From positions 3,063 through 67,062 of the forward strand of contig CAMCUM010000007.1 in assembly GCA_945878975.1 (NCBI GenBank): a stretch of 64,000 bases of DNA, written 5' to 3'. A program made the translations under genes and the position numbers. Shown here one piece after another: positions 1 to 9,182 of this stretch; the stretch's first letter is position 1; each line of letters begins with the position of its first letter. The notes below the pieces were generated by a model. It ran no database searches, was not told where the DNA came from, and worked only from the letters and a program-made list of their open reading frames with translations. This stretch comes from Legionella genomosp. 1 (lineage in GTDB: Bacteria; Pseudomonadota; Gammaproteobacteria; Legionellales; Legionellaceae).

Positions 1-334
1 TTTGATCGCAGGATAACGACGACGGATGGCTTGAATATGCTGCACGGGGACATCGTATTCCACATCCAAATAATCAGGATTGAGCGCACAAAGCCCCATG
101 ATCTCTTGAATACGTTGCGTTTCTGGATGGGGGTAATGACCACCATGTGCCCGGCTCCGTAAGGTGAAGATCACTGGCAGAACACATGCTTGACGCAACG
201 CCGTCACTTCATCAATATCCCAATGACTGAGATAATCCAAACGTAATTCAATCCCATCTGCACGATCTGAGATTTGGAATAGTTTTTGTTTGGTGCTGGA
301 GTAATCTGTCACGGGGAGTGTTGCGATGAGCATT
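1..334 (-). CDS. aroD: 3-dehydroquinate dehydratase type I; only the N-terminal 111 codons are in the window and the gene runs off the left edge
   Basis: Manual minus-strand translation from the ATG at 334 gives MLIATLPVTDYSSTKQKLFQISDRADGIELRLDYLSHWD...LPVIFTLRSRAHGG...PDYLDVEY. This matches the type I DHQase pattern (E-x-R-x-D, FT-x-R, D-x-E). It lies next to aroB. Confidence 0.7.
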
Positions 335-404
335 TTTTACCTCGTTTTTTGGATGGGAATGGCGCATTTTTTCCGCTCACTTGTGGCACGGGTCTGGAGT
401 GATA

Positions 405-472
405 GTGTCCACTCCCTGACGGTCGCGGCTCGGTCTTCTAGAAACCGAGCCGCGACCGTGAGGGAGTGGATA
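405..472. repeat. Palindromic repeat, family B (arms ...CCACTCCCTSACGGTCGCGGCTCGGT...), abutting the aroB stop codon
   Basis: Near-perfect 30-nt inverted arms around a 9-nt loop. Related copies occur at 17441-17499 and 39706-39741. Confidence 0.85.
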
Positions 473-1570
473 TTACCCAAATCGCTCTGCCGCCCAATCT
501 AACGCTTGATCTAAATGTTTAGGAGCAACCTGGTGGGTGTAAACACCCTCTAGCACATGCGGAACACCCACATCTTTTAATAACACAAATCTTGGGATAG
601 ATTGCAGCGATTTTTTATCTAGAACCAACGTCTGGATAAACAATGCTTTGTCTTGAAATACCTTGGTTTGCAAAGGTAATTCATATCGTCGCAGAAGCGC
701 ATGGACACTATCCAATACTGTTTCTGACAAATGACCACTCTGCACTGCTAGATAGCATTCCACTAAGATACCTAGTGCTACAGCCTCGCCGTGTGCAATC
801 TGATAATCTTCCAACGTTTCAATCGCGTGCCCGATGGTATGGCCAAAATTCAATAATTGACGCATATGTTGCTCACGTTCATCTTGTTCAACGATGGATT
901 TTTTTATTTCGCAATTGCGCTGAATCAAATAGAGCAAGTCTGCACGTGTTTGAAAAGCTTGGAGGGTGGCCGAAGCTTGCATTTTGGTAAACAAGGCGGC
1001 ATCCGCAATCAAACTATGTTTGATCATTTCCACCAAACCATTGCGCCATTCACGCTCTGGTAACGTCTGCAAGGTGGTCACATCCATGCACACCGCATGC
1101 GGTTGCGTAAAGGTGCCAATCAAGTTTTTACCTAAGGGTGTGTTGACGCCGGTTTTTCCGCCCATACTGGCATCTACCATCGCTAACAAAGTAGTCGGAA
1201 GGTAAATCACAGGGATCCCACGACAATACGTCGCGGCCAAAAACCCGACCAAATCGGTCACCAATCCGCCCCCCAATGCCAATAAGCAAGTATCGCGACC
1301 ACATTGCTTGCGCTGCATGGCATCTTCCAAATATTGTTTTGTGGCGCGCGTTTTATACATTTCGCCTGCTGGAAATACTAGTAACTCAACTGCCACACCT
1401 TTTGCCTGGAAGAGCTGCTGCAAAGCGATGCCATAGCTATCCATCAAATTGGTATCGGTTACAATCACCAACCGTTTGTGCAAAGCCGTGCAGAGCTGTA
1501 TCACCACATCTGATTGATATAACTGCGATCCGATGTAAATAGGGTAAGCGCCAAATTGCAAGGTTAACAT
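473..1570 (-). CDS. aroB: 3-dehydroquinate synthase
   Basis: The ORF contains GGGLVTDLVGFLAATYCRGIPVIYLPTTLLAMVDASMGGKTGVN, typical of DHQ synthase. The likely start is MLTLQF at 1570, overlapping the aroC stop by 7 nt. The longer ORF reaching 1672 would overlap aroC. Confidence 0.9.
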   Translation of the reverse strand: MLTLQFGAYPIYIGSQLYQSDVVIQLCTALHKRLVIVTDTNLMDSYGIALQQLFQAKGVAVELLVFPAGEMYKTRATKQYLEDAMQRKQCGRDTCLLALGGGLVTDLVGFLAATYCRGIPVIYLPTTLLAMVDASMGGKTGVNTPLGKNLIGTFTQPHAVCMDVTTLQTLPEREWRNGLVEMIKHSLIADAALFTKMQASATLQAFQTRADLLYLIQRNCEIKKSIVEQDEREQHMRQLLNFGHTIGHAIETLEDYQIAHGEAVALGILVECYLAVQSGHLSETVLDSVHALLRRYELPLQTKVFQDKALFIQTLVLDKKSLQSIPRFVLLKDVGVPHVLEGVYTHQVAPKHLDQALDWAAERFG

Positions 1571-2673
1571 AGTCGCTCCCCTAGCTGAGTAGCACGTTGC
1601 ATCAAGAAAGCATCCACTAAGACCAATGCACACATCGCATCTACCACTGGGACAGCGCGAATGGCCACGCAAGGATCATGACGCGAGCCGTCCGGAAGCG
1701 TCATCTCAGTCGGCTTGCCGGCTAAATCGACGGTTTGTTGCACTTTACGAATACTTGAAGTGGGTTTGAATACGACGCGACCCATCAAAGGCATGCCTGT
1801 AGAGATCCCCCCCAACGTGCCGCCAGCATGATTGGTTTGCGTCGTGATCCCTTGTTCTGAGATCATAAACAGATCATTATGATCTGAACCCACCATCTGA
1901 GCAGCTTGAAAACCTTGGCCTATCTCAAATCCTTTGCTCGCTGGAATACTCAACATCGCTTTCGCCAAATTGGCCTCCAGCTTTTCATACACGGGATCAC
2001 CCAGACCCACTGGCAAATCTATGGCTAGAAACGTGACGACGCCCCCCACCGAATCACCGGTTTCTTTGGCTTGATTGATCAAATTTTGCATGGCTTGCGC
2101 TGTCTGTACATGCGGACAAAAAATAGGGCTACTTTCAGTGGCTGCTGCCAAATCTTGCAAGGTACCGTCTAGATTTGGTACATGAATATCCCCCATTGTC
2201 GACAAATAGGCCCCCGTCTGAATCCCATGATGCTGGAGAATTTTTTTGGCAACGGCACCCGCAGCGACACGGCAAGCGGTTTCGCGTGCAGACGCCCGCC
2301 CGCCCCCACGATGATCATATCTGCCATATTTTTGTAAATAGGTAAAATTGGCATGTCCCGGACGTAAAACCTCTTGCAAAGCAGTATAATGGCTAGAATT
2401 CACATCCCGATTCATAATGATAATGGAAATCGGCGCACCGGTTGTGTGCCCATCAAACACACCTGAATATATTTCTGCTTCATCGGTTTCTTGGCGCGGA
2501 CTTGTAAATTCATTCCGACCCGGTGCTCGTAATGCCAAAGCCAGCTGAATATCTTCTATGGTCAACGCCACGCCAGCAGGACACCCATCAATCACCACAC
2601 CAATGGCTTTGCCATGCGATTCACCCCACGTTGTCACGCGAAATAATTGACCAAAAGTATTGCTTGCCATCAT
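1564..2673 (-). CDS. aroC: Chorismate synthase
   Basis: N-terminus NTFGQLFRVTTWGESHGKAIGVVIDGCPAG is characteristic, and the length is 369 aa. Confidence 0.93.
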   Translation of the reverse strand: MMASNTFGQLFRVTTWGESHGKAIGVVIDGCPAGVALTIEDIQLALALRAPGRNEFTSPRQETDEAEIYSGVFDGHTTGAPISIIIMNRDVNSSHYTALQEVLRPGHANFTYLQKYGRYDHRGGGRASARETACRVAAGAVAKKILQHHGIQTGAYLSTMGDIHVPNLDGTLQDLAAATESSPIFCPHVQTAQAMQNLINQAKETGDSVGGVVTFLAIDLPVGLGDPVYEKLEANLAKAMLSIPASKGFEIGQGFQAAQMVGSDHNDLFMISEQGITTQTNHAGGTLGGISTGMPLMGRVVFKPTSSIRKVQQTVDLAGKPTEMTLPDGSRHDPCVAIRAVPVVDAMCALVLVDAFLMQRATQLGERLC

Positions 2674-2696
2674 TTATCCTTATAAATAGATGAGCC

Positions 2697-2774
2697 AACA
2701 TGCCGTGGCTTGTCCGCGGCATCCAGCGAAATTGCTCAATCGCTGGATCCCGCGGACAAGCCGCGGGACGTCAG
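2697..2774. repeat. Palindromic repeat, family A (GGATCCCGCGGACAAGCCGCGGGACGT unit), in the aroC-aroK gap
   Basis: Inverted arms CCGTGGCTTGTCCGCGGCATCCAGCGA / TCGCTGGATCCCGCGGACAAGCCGCGG. Related copies occur at 8308, 13974, 25109, 53549 and 63172. Confidence 0.85.
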
Positions 2775-2778
2775 ATTA

Positions 2779-3309
2779 TTAAAAGTCTAGCCTCACGTAA
2801 AGTTGGTAGATTTGTTCAGAAATCTCGACCACCGAAGCCTGATCGACATCCAAGATTCGATCAGAGAGCTTACGATATAACGACTGACGATGCTGAAAAA
2901 TCTTTTGAAACCCCGTCTCCAAATCATCTAGATACGCCGGCAGTGCACGTGCTTGCAAGCGATGTAACAAGGTCTCATAGGAAGCAGATAAATAAATCAC
3001 CGTACCCAAGCGGCGTAACACGCGCATATTTTCCGGTTCAAGCACCACGCCACCGCCCGTCGCAATCACGGCTGGCCCGGTTGTGGCCAAACTGGCGACG
3101 ACCTGCTTTTCCAAAGCACGGAACGCCTGCTCCCCCACCTCACGAAATATGGCCGGGCAACCCAATGCCTGCCCAGTTTCCTTCGCGTACTGCGCTTCTA
3201 ATAATTGATCCGTATCCACAAACGGTGTTTGGATTTTTTGCGCCAAAGCGCGTCCCACTGAGGTTTTACCACAAGCCTTGAAACCGATGAGAATAAGGGG
3301 TCGCTTCAT
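2779..3309 (-). CDS. aroK: Shikimate kinase
   Basis: MKRPLILIGFKACGKTSVGRAL carries a Walker A motif. The start at 3309 gives a 4-nt ATGA overlap with the aroA stop. Confidence 0.88.
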   Translation of the reverse strand: MKRPLILIGFKACGKTSVGRALAQKIQTPFVDTDQLLEAQYAKETGQALGCPAIFREVGEQAFRALEKQVVASLATTGPAVIATGGGVVLEPENMRVLRRLGTVIYLSASYETLLHRLQARALPAYLDDLETGFQKIFQHRQSLYRKLSDRILDVDQASVVEISEQIYQLYVRLDF

Positions 3310-4595
3310 GGGATGCTCTCTATATTGGCGCCTAATTGTTGCATAGCGGCTAGAAAATCCGGGTAACTTTTGGCAACACAACTCGTATGATCAATCAGGG
3401 TCTCACCATGAGCGGCTAAGCCCGCGATCGCTAACGCCATCGCAATTCTATGATCAAAAAAGCTCGATACCAAGGTCCCGGTTAACGGGGCGGGTCGGAT
3501 CCGTAAGCCATCTTCTAATTCGTCTACATCAGCACCCATGGCACGTAAGCCTTGCGTCATCGCAGAGATGCGATCCGATTCTTTTTTTCGCGCAATAGCA
3601 GCGCCAGTCAACGTCATTTCCCCAGAGGCAAAACACGCTAATACCGCTAAAATAGGTAAGGCATCGATATATTGATTCACATCCAAGGTTTTCCCTACCA
3701 ATCCCGGCGAAGGATAGACTTGCAACGCACGTTTGTCCGCATCGATAACAATCTTCGCACCCATTTCTTGTAAAATGGTCACCAATTCTTTATCACCCTG
3801 CGCATCCTGCATATCTAAATTATGCAAGCTCAGATGCGACCCCGTCACCAAAGCAGCCACCAACGGAAATGCGCAAGAAGAGAAATCACCTGGTACCGTA
3901 TACTCAAAACCAGGATATGCGGCATTGCCCGATACAGTATAGCGCGTATAGCCTTCACGTTGATAAGCAATGCCTAAGCGGTGCAACCAATCCAAGGTCA
4001 AATCAATCCAAGGTTTCTCGCCTGGATTGCTTACTTCGATCACAGTCGGTTCTGGCGCGAACGCCGCAGCGATGAGCAAAGCGGATACGGGCTGAGAATC
4101 TGCGCCGTCTAAATGAGTATGCCCCCCTTGCAGCGGACCTTTGACTATCACAGGTGCCAAACCATTTCCAAGCGCCGATTCAGCGAAAACGCCTAAACGC
4201 GCCAAACCATCTAACAAAGGTTGAATGGGACGCAAGGTTCGAATCGACTCATCACCACTCAGCATCGTGTAACCTGAGCTCAATGCTGCCACTGCCGCGA
4301 CAAACCGCAAAACCTGTCCTGAATTCCCCGCATCAATACTATGCACCGGCGTACTAGGTTTGCCATTCACCCCCACAATCGTCAATTGATCCTCTGTGAC
4401 CTCAATGCTTGCGCCCAATGCTTCACAAGCACGCAGCATGGCTTGCGTATCGGGTGATGACAAATAATGACGAATCACCGAACGACCATGCGCCATGCTT
4501 GCAAATAAGATGGCACGCAAAGTATGCGATTTCGAAGGCGGAATCGTGATAGCCCCCTGTAAATGCGAGGGACGGATCCGATATTGCATATTCAA
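3306..4595 (-). CDS. aroA: 3-phosphoshikimate 1-carboxyvinyltransferase (EPSP synthase)
   Basis: 429 aa with the KSHTLRAILFASMAHG motif. Both ends overlap the neighbouring genes. Confidence 0.92.
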   Translation of the reverse strand: MNMQYRIRPSHLQGAITIPPSKSHTLRAILFASMAHGRSVIRHYLSSPDTQAMLRACEALGASIEVTEDQLTIVGVNGKPSTPVHSIDAGNSGQVLRFVAAVAALSSGYTMLSGDESIRTLRPIQPLLDGLARLGVFAESALGNGLAPVIVKGPLQGGHTHLDGADSQPVSALLIAAAFAPEPTVIEVSNPGEKPWIDLTLDWLHRLGIAYQREGYTRYTVSGNAAYPGFEYTVPGDFSSCAFPLVAALVTGSHLSLHNLDMQDAQGDKELVTILQEMGAKIVIDADKRALQVYPSPGLVGKTLDVNQYIDALPILAVLACFASGEMTLTGAAIARKKESDRISAMTQGLRAMGADVDELEDGLRIRPAPLTGTLVSSFFDHRIAMALAIAGLAAHGETLIDHTSCVAKSYPDFLAAMQQLGANIESIP

Positions 4596-5617
4596 TCTCC
4601 TACTTTCACATCAATAGCTTGCCCAATTTTTTTCAAAACGCCCATCATGTCCGAAAACGCTTGCGGTGTGATCGTTTGCTTGGCATCTGACAACGCTTTG
4701 TCTGGTTCAGGATGCACTTCTACCATGATACCATCCGCCCCAGCCGCAAGCGCTGCATAGGCCATAGGCGGTACAATAGAACGCAAGCCCGTGCCATGAC
4801 TAGGGTCAACGATAATCGGTAAATGAGTTAATTCACGCAAAATCGGTACCGCCGCAATATCCAAGGTATTGCGTGCGTAGGTTTCAAATGTGCGAATACC
4901 CCGCTCACATAATATGACATTGGGATTGCCAGTATGCAAAATATATTCAGCTGCCATCAGGAAATCCATATAGGTCGCCGACAAACCCCGTTTTAGGAGT
5001 ATCGGTTTCCCCGTTTTTCCCACTTGTTTTAACAAAGAATAATTTTGCATATTACGAGCCCCAATTTGCAAAATATCCACATACGAAGCCACCAAATCGA
5101 TCTCTTGGGTATCCATCACTTCCGACACGCTCAACAAACCATGTGCTTTGGCTGCGGATTGCATATATCGCAAGCCTTCTTCCCCAAGCCCCTGAAATTC
5201 ATAAGGCGATGTCCGCGGTTTGAATGCCCCACCACGTAGAATCTGTGCACCAGCAGCAGCCACGTATGCCGCCGTCTGATGAATTTGCTCTTCAGATTCA
5301 ATCGAACAAGGCCCCGCCATCACGGTAAAGGTATTCCCACCAATCGTATGCCCTTGCAGCTCAATCACGGTCTGTTCTTTTTTAATTTCACGACCCGCCA
5401 ATTTGAATTTTTGCGTCAACGGCAACACTTGTTCCACGCCAGGTAAAACGGAAAACAATCCGGTATCCGTCCGCGCATCCAACCCATTTACAATCGCGAT
5501 ATAATAGCGATTATTTTCCTCAGTAGGGATCGCTTGTAGATTCATCCATGCCAATTTTGCAACCAATTCGTCCACGGCCATTTTGGTTACATTGTCTTTC
5601 ATCACGAGAATCATCAT
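4592..5617 (-). CDS. 3-deoxy-7-phosphoheptulonate (DAHP) synthase, type I-beta, with an N-terminal regulatory domain
   Basis: 341 aa. The MILVMKDN... ferredoxin-like N-domain is followed by a KDO8P/DAHPS barrel (AGPCSIESEEQ, LRGGAFKPRTSPY, DPSH). Confidence 0.85.
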   Translation of the reverse strand: MMILVMKDNVTKMAVDELVAKLAWMNLQAIPTEENNRYYIAIVNGLDARTDTGLFSVLPGVEQVLPLTQKFKLAGREIKKEQTVIELQGHTIGGNTFTVMAGPCSIESEEQIHQTAAYVAAAGAQILRGGAFKPRTSPYEFQGLGEEGLRYMQSAAKAHGLLSVSEVMDTQEIDLVASYVDILQIGARNMQNYSLLKQVGKTGKPILLKRGLSATYMDFLMAAEYILHTGNPNVILCERGIRTFETYARNTLDIAAVPILRELTHLPIIVDPSHGTGLRSIVPPMAYAALAAGADGIMVEVHPEPDKALSDAKQTITPQAFSDMMGVLKKIGQAIDVKVGD

Positions 5618-6396
5618 ACACTCCTTACTAATGGATTGATCTGCATAGCCAAACGTTGCAACGCCTTGAATGGCATACCTTTTTCTAACGCTTCTACAAA
5701 TAATGATCCCACTACGACTCCGTCGGCATCATCTAATACTTGTGAAGCTGCTTCACGCGACGCAATCCCAAACCCCACCACCACTGGTAAAGTAACCTGC
5801 GCTTTCAGCGCTTGCATCTTGGTTGTAAAATCTTCCGGCAATTGCGCGCGCACACCGGTCGTGCCTTTCCGACACGCATAATATAGAAATCCCCGCCCCA
5901 ATTCATCGAGCTGCTGAATACGTTGCTCCGGCGTTGTTGGAGTCGCCACAAAAATCGGGGCAAGCCCATGCTGTACACAAGGTTGCAGCAGAGGCGTCAT
6001 TTCTTCCAGCGGACAATCTACCACTAGCAACCCATCTATGCCAGCTTGTTGCGCTTTTTGAAAAAAATCCGTTTGCAAGATTCGGAAAATCGGGTTCAAA
6101 TACGTAAATAAAATCAAAGGAATATCTGTGCGATGACGGAGCTCAGCGACCAAATCTAAAATCGCAGGCAATGTCGTCCCAGCTGCCAAGGAACGCGCGG
6201 CAGCACGTTGAATCACAGGCCCATCCGCCACAGGATCGGAAAATGGCACCCCGATTTCCAAAATAGTCACGCCAGCATCAATTAATGCCAAAGCGGCATC
6301 CAAAGTCTGTTTGAGTCCCCCATCGCCTGCAGTCAAATACGCTACAAATGCTTTGCTACGTGCAAAACTAGCGGCGATTCTTTCTATGCCAGTCAT
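5614..6396 (-). CDS. trpA: Tryptophan synthase alpha chain
   Basis: FVAYLTAGDGG...LEIGVPFSDPVADGPVIQ motif; 260 aa. Confidence 0.93.
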   Translation of the reverse strand: MTGIERIAASFARSKAFVAYLTAGDGGLKQTLDAALALIDAGVTILEIGVPFSDPVADGPVIQRAAARSLAAGTTLPAILDLVAELRHRTDIPLILFTYLNPIFRILQTDFFQKAQQAGIDGLLVVDCPLEEMTPLLQPCVQHGLAPIFVATPTTPEQRIQQLDELGRGFLYYACRKGTTGVRAQLPEDFTTKMQALKAQVTLPVVVGFGIASREAASQVLDDADGVVVGSLFVEALEKGMPFKALQRLAMQINPLVRSV

Positions 6397-6435
6397 ACAT
6401 CTTCTCCAAGTAGGTTGAGCCTAAGTATGTAGTAT

Positions 6436-6514
6436 GTAGCCTTGATGAAGCGCTAGCGTAATCAAGGTTTCTGCCAAATCATCCTTGATTACGCTAGCGC
6501 TCCACCAAGGCTAC
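6436..6514. repeat. Palindromic repeat, family C-prime (GTAGCCTTGATGRAGCGCTAGCGTAATCAAGG arms), in the trpB-trpA gap and overlapping the trpB 3' end
   Basis: The two inverted arms are separated by about 15 nt. A half copy lies at 23803-23837. The architecture parallels family C at 32543 and 33598. Confidence 0.85.
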
Positions 6515-7669
6515 GGTACCGAGATCTTTATCTCCACGTCCTGATAAATTCACTACCACCACAAAATCCTTTGGCAAATTTGGCGCCATCTCAATCACAT
6601 GCGCCAAAGCATGTGCAGATTCTAAAGCACAAATGATACCTTCGGTCCGAGCCAATAATTGCAAAGCCTGTAGCGCTTGCGTATCTTCAACCGCCACATA
6701 TTTCGCACGCTCAAGCGTATGCAATTGCGCATGCTGTGGGCCCACAGCCGGATAATCCAGGCCGGCTGAGATCGAAGCTGTTTCAGAAATTTGCCCCTGC
6801 TCATCTTGTAGCACATAAGTATGACACCCATGCAAAACACCGGGGGTCTGTGTACGAAACCGTGCGGCATGTTCGCCTAATTGCTTCCCAAATCCGCCTG
6901 CTTCCACCCCTATCAATTGCACATTATCATCCTCTAAAAATGCTGAAAATATGCCAATAGCATTGGAGCCACCACCCACACATGCGACAACCAAATCAGG
7001 ATTCGATTGAAACTGAGTCTGACACTGTTGCACCGCTTCTTCTCCAATCACCGCTTGAAAATTTGCCACCATATCGGGATAAGGATGAGGCCCCAAAGCC
7101 GAACCCAAACAATAAAAACTATCCGTAAACGAAGCTGACCAATCACGCAAAGCCTCATTCACAGCATCCTTTAAAGTAGCCGATCCACTCTCAACCGCAA
7201 TCACTTCCGCTCCCATCAAACGCATACGCAACACATTAGGTGCTTGACGTTGCATATCTTTCGCACCCATGTATACCACGCAGGGTAAGCCCAAACGTGC
7301 ACAAGCAGCTGCCGTTGCCACCCCATGTTGACCGGCACCGGTCTCAGCGACAATGCGCTGTTTGCCAAGACGTTTGGCCAATAAACACTGACCCAATGCA
7401 TTGTTTATTTTATGCGCACCTGTATGGAGCAAATCTTCACGTTTTAAAAATATTTTTGGCCCATCAATCGCCGCTGCAAAATGAGGTACTTCAGTCAATG
7501 GTGTGGGACGACCTGCATAATTCTGCAAAAGATCCCTCAACTCCGCACGAAAAACGGGATCTTCTTTGAGTGCATCCCAAGCAGTACTAAGCTCTTGAAT
7601 AGGTGCCATCAAGATTTCAGGTAAATAACACCCCCCGAATGCTCCGTAATACCCGTTTTTTTGTTGCAT
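6494..7669 (-). CDS. trpB: Tryptophan synthase beta chain
   Basis: 391 aa with LKREDLLHTGAHKINN and GGGSNAIG PLP motifs. The last 6 codons and the stop lie inside the repeat. Confidence 0.93.
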   Translation of the reverse strand: MQQKNGYYGAFGGCYLPEILMAPIQELSTAWDALKEDPVFRAELRDLLQNYAGRPTPLTEVPHFAAAIDGPKIFLKREDLLHTGAHKINNALGQCLLAKRLGKQRIVAETGAGQHGVATAAACARLGLPCVVYMGAKDMQRQAPNVLRMRLMGAEVIAVESGSATLKDAVNEALRDWSASFTDSFYCLGSALGPHPYPDMVANFQAVIGEEAVQQCQTQFQSNPDLVVACVGGGSNAIGIFSAFLEDDNVQLIGVEAGGFGKQLGEHAARFRTQTPGVLHGCHTYVLQDEQGQISETASISAGLDYPAVGPQHAQLHTLERAKYVAVEDTQALQALQLLARTEGIICALESAHALAHVIEMAPNLPKDFVVVVNLSGRGDKDLGTVALVER

Positions 7670-7670
7670 G

Positions 7671-9182
7671 TTATCGCTCCAATATTTTTAAAATAAACGC
7701 CCTTATCAAATCACCGTCTTTCTCACCTGACACACCCTCTACCCCCGACGATACATCGATCAATGCCGGGTGAAATTTCTTTATCACTTCGCCAACGTTA
7801 TACATCCTGATGCCTCCGGCAATCCCCATCGGCAATGAGCCTGTATACAGCACCTTATCCCACGCAAAAACTTTCCCAGAACCAGCCTGCACATGATCAA
7901 ACAACACATAATCACGTGCCGGATCACAAGACACTAAGCCAGCAAAATCCTCTGGCACTACCCCAGAATCATCGACTGGACACACATAAATCCGTTGATA
8001 ATGAGCTGGCAACAAAGGGTGCTCACGGCGTGCATTCGCACCGTGCAATTGCACCATTTGGATCCCGGTCGCCTGACAAAATGTCATCATTTCTTGTGCA
8101 TTATGATCCACAAACACTGCAACAGGTATCCCACCTTTGGCACGCGTGGCATGTGCAATCGCTTGTGCCGTTTCTAAATCAACATAACGCTTAGAAGCTG
8201 GATGACAGACAATCCCAATCAAGTCGGCACCAGCTGCAACCGCTTCCTCGGCAAGCTGTACTGTTCTCAAACCACAAATTTTGACTTTAGATGGTCTCTT
8301 GTCGCCTACGTCCCGGGCTGTAGTATCCGCGGGAACCGTTGGTTTACAAGCGCGGGACGTCTTGGCAAGAGAAGCACAACATCCTCGCAGAAACAATTCT
8401 GGAGAATCAGCCGTTACCAAGGCTTCTCCAATCAATACCGCATCAAAACCGGCTTGATGATAGTCACGTGCCAAATCAGGCATTGTGATCCCAGACTCTG
8501 CTACCGAAATGATCCCCTTAGGAATAAGCTGCAACAGGTGAAACGCACGATCCACATCGATTGAAAACGTCGTCAAATCACGATTATTCACGCCAATGAT
8601 CTCAGCACCACTCTCCAAAGCCAACATCAATTCTGCTTCCGTATGCACTTCGACCAATACATCCACTCCCATGTCTTTAGCAGCATGGAGGATCGTTTTG
8701 GTCTCTGAACCCAGAACCGCCACAATCGCCAAAATAGCATCGGCGCCTGCCGTCACCGCTTGCGCGATTTGGATAGTATCGATGACAAAATCTTTACGCA
8801 AAATAGGCGTTGGCTGTTTGACACAAGCTTGTGCTACCGAGCTCAAATCAGCCAATGATCCGTTAAAAAATAGCTCGTCCGTTAAAATAGACAACGCAGC
8901 TGCTCCAGCCGCGATGTAGGTTTGCGCCAAAGCAATGGGATCCGCAATCGGAGCAAGATGACCTTTTGACGGTGATTTGCGTTTGATTTCTGCAATGACC
9001 GCCAAATTGGGGCCTTGCAAGGCTTGTCTGAAACTTTTCAACGCAGATCTTTGGGCTTGCCCGCGCAGAAATGACAACATGGCAGGCTCAGGCTGAGCGC
9101 GCAGCAGATCTTGGAGCGCCGCCACTTCCCGTCTTTTCTGCGCAATAATAGGTGCTAAGCGATTAGTCATTGGTATACTCAA
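7671..9182 (-). CDS. trpC: Bifunctional indole-3-glycerol-phosphate synthase / phosphoribosylanthranilate isomerase (TrpC-TrpF fusion)
   Basis: The N-terminal half is IGPS-like (IAEIKRKSPSKG, NNRDL). The C-terminal half is PRAI-like (KICGL...). The start may be the internal Met at 9170. Confidence 0.88.
   Translation of the reverse strand: MSIPMTNRLAPIIAQKRREVAALQDLLRAQPEPAMLSFLRGQAQRSALKSFRQALQGPNLAVIAEIKRKSPSKGHLAPIADPIALAQTYIAAGAAALSILTDELFFNGSLADLSSVAQACVKQPTPILRKDFVIDTIQIAQAVTAGADAILAIVAVLGSETKTILHAAKDMGVDVLVEVHTEAELMLALESGAEIIGVNNRDLTTFSIDVDRAFHLLQLIPKGIISVAESGITMPDLARDYHQAGFDAVLIGEALVTADSPELFLRGCCASLAKTSRACKPTVPADTTARDVGDKRPSKVKICGLRTVQLAEEAVAAGADLIGIVCHPASKRYVDLETAQAIAHATRAKGGIPVAVFVDHNAQEMMTFCQATGIQMVQLHGANARREHPLLPAHYQRIYVCPVDDSGVVPEDFAGLVSCDPARDYVLFDHVQAGSGKVFAWDKVLYTGSLPMGIAGGIRMYNVGEVIKKFHPALIDVSSGVEGVSGEKDGDLIRAFILKILER
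8308..8360. repeat. Family A-like palindromic element embedded in-frame in the TrpC-TrpF interdomain linker
   Basis: ACGTCCCGGGCTGTAGTATCCGCGGGAACC...CAAGCGCGGGACGT has terminal inverted ACGTCCCG/CGGGACGT. It encodes the ...SRACKPTVPADTTARDVG... part of the linker; the ARDVG peptide recurs in other family A copies. Confidence 0.6.

Noticed and set aside
2700-3281. 193-aa plus-strand ORF opposite aroK
   Set aside because: It starts inside the family A repeat and runs antisense to a well-supported shikimate kinase gene. Its composition is Arg/Pro-rich, which is typical of antisense frames.
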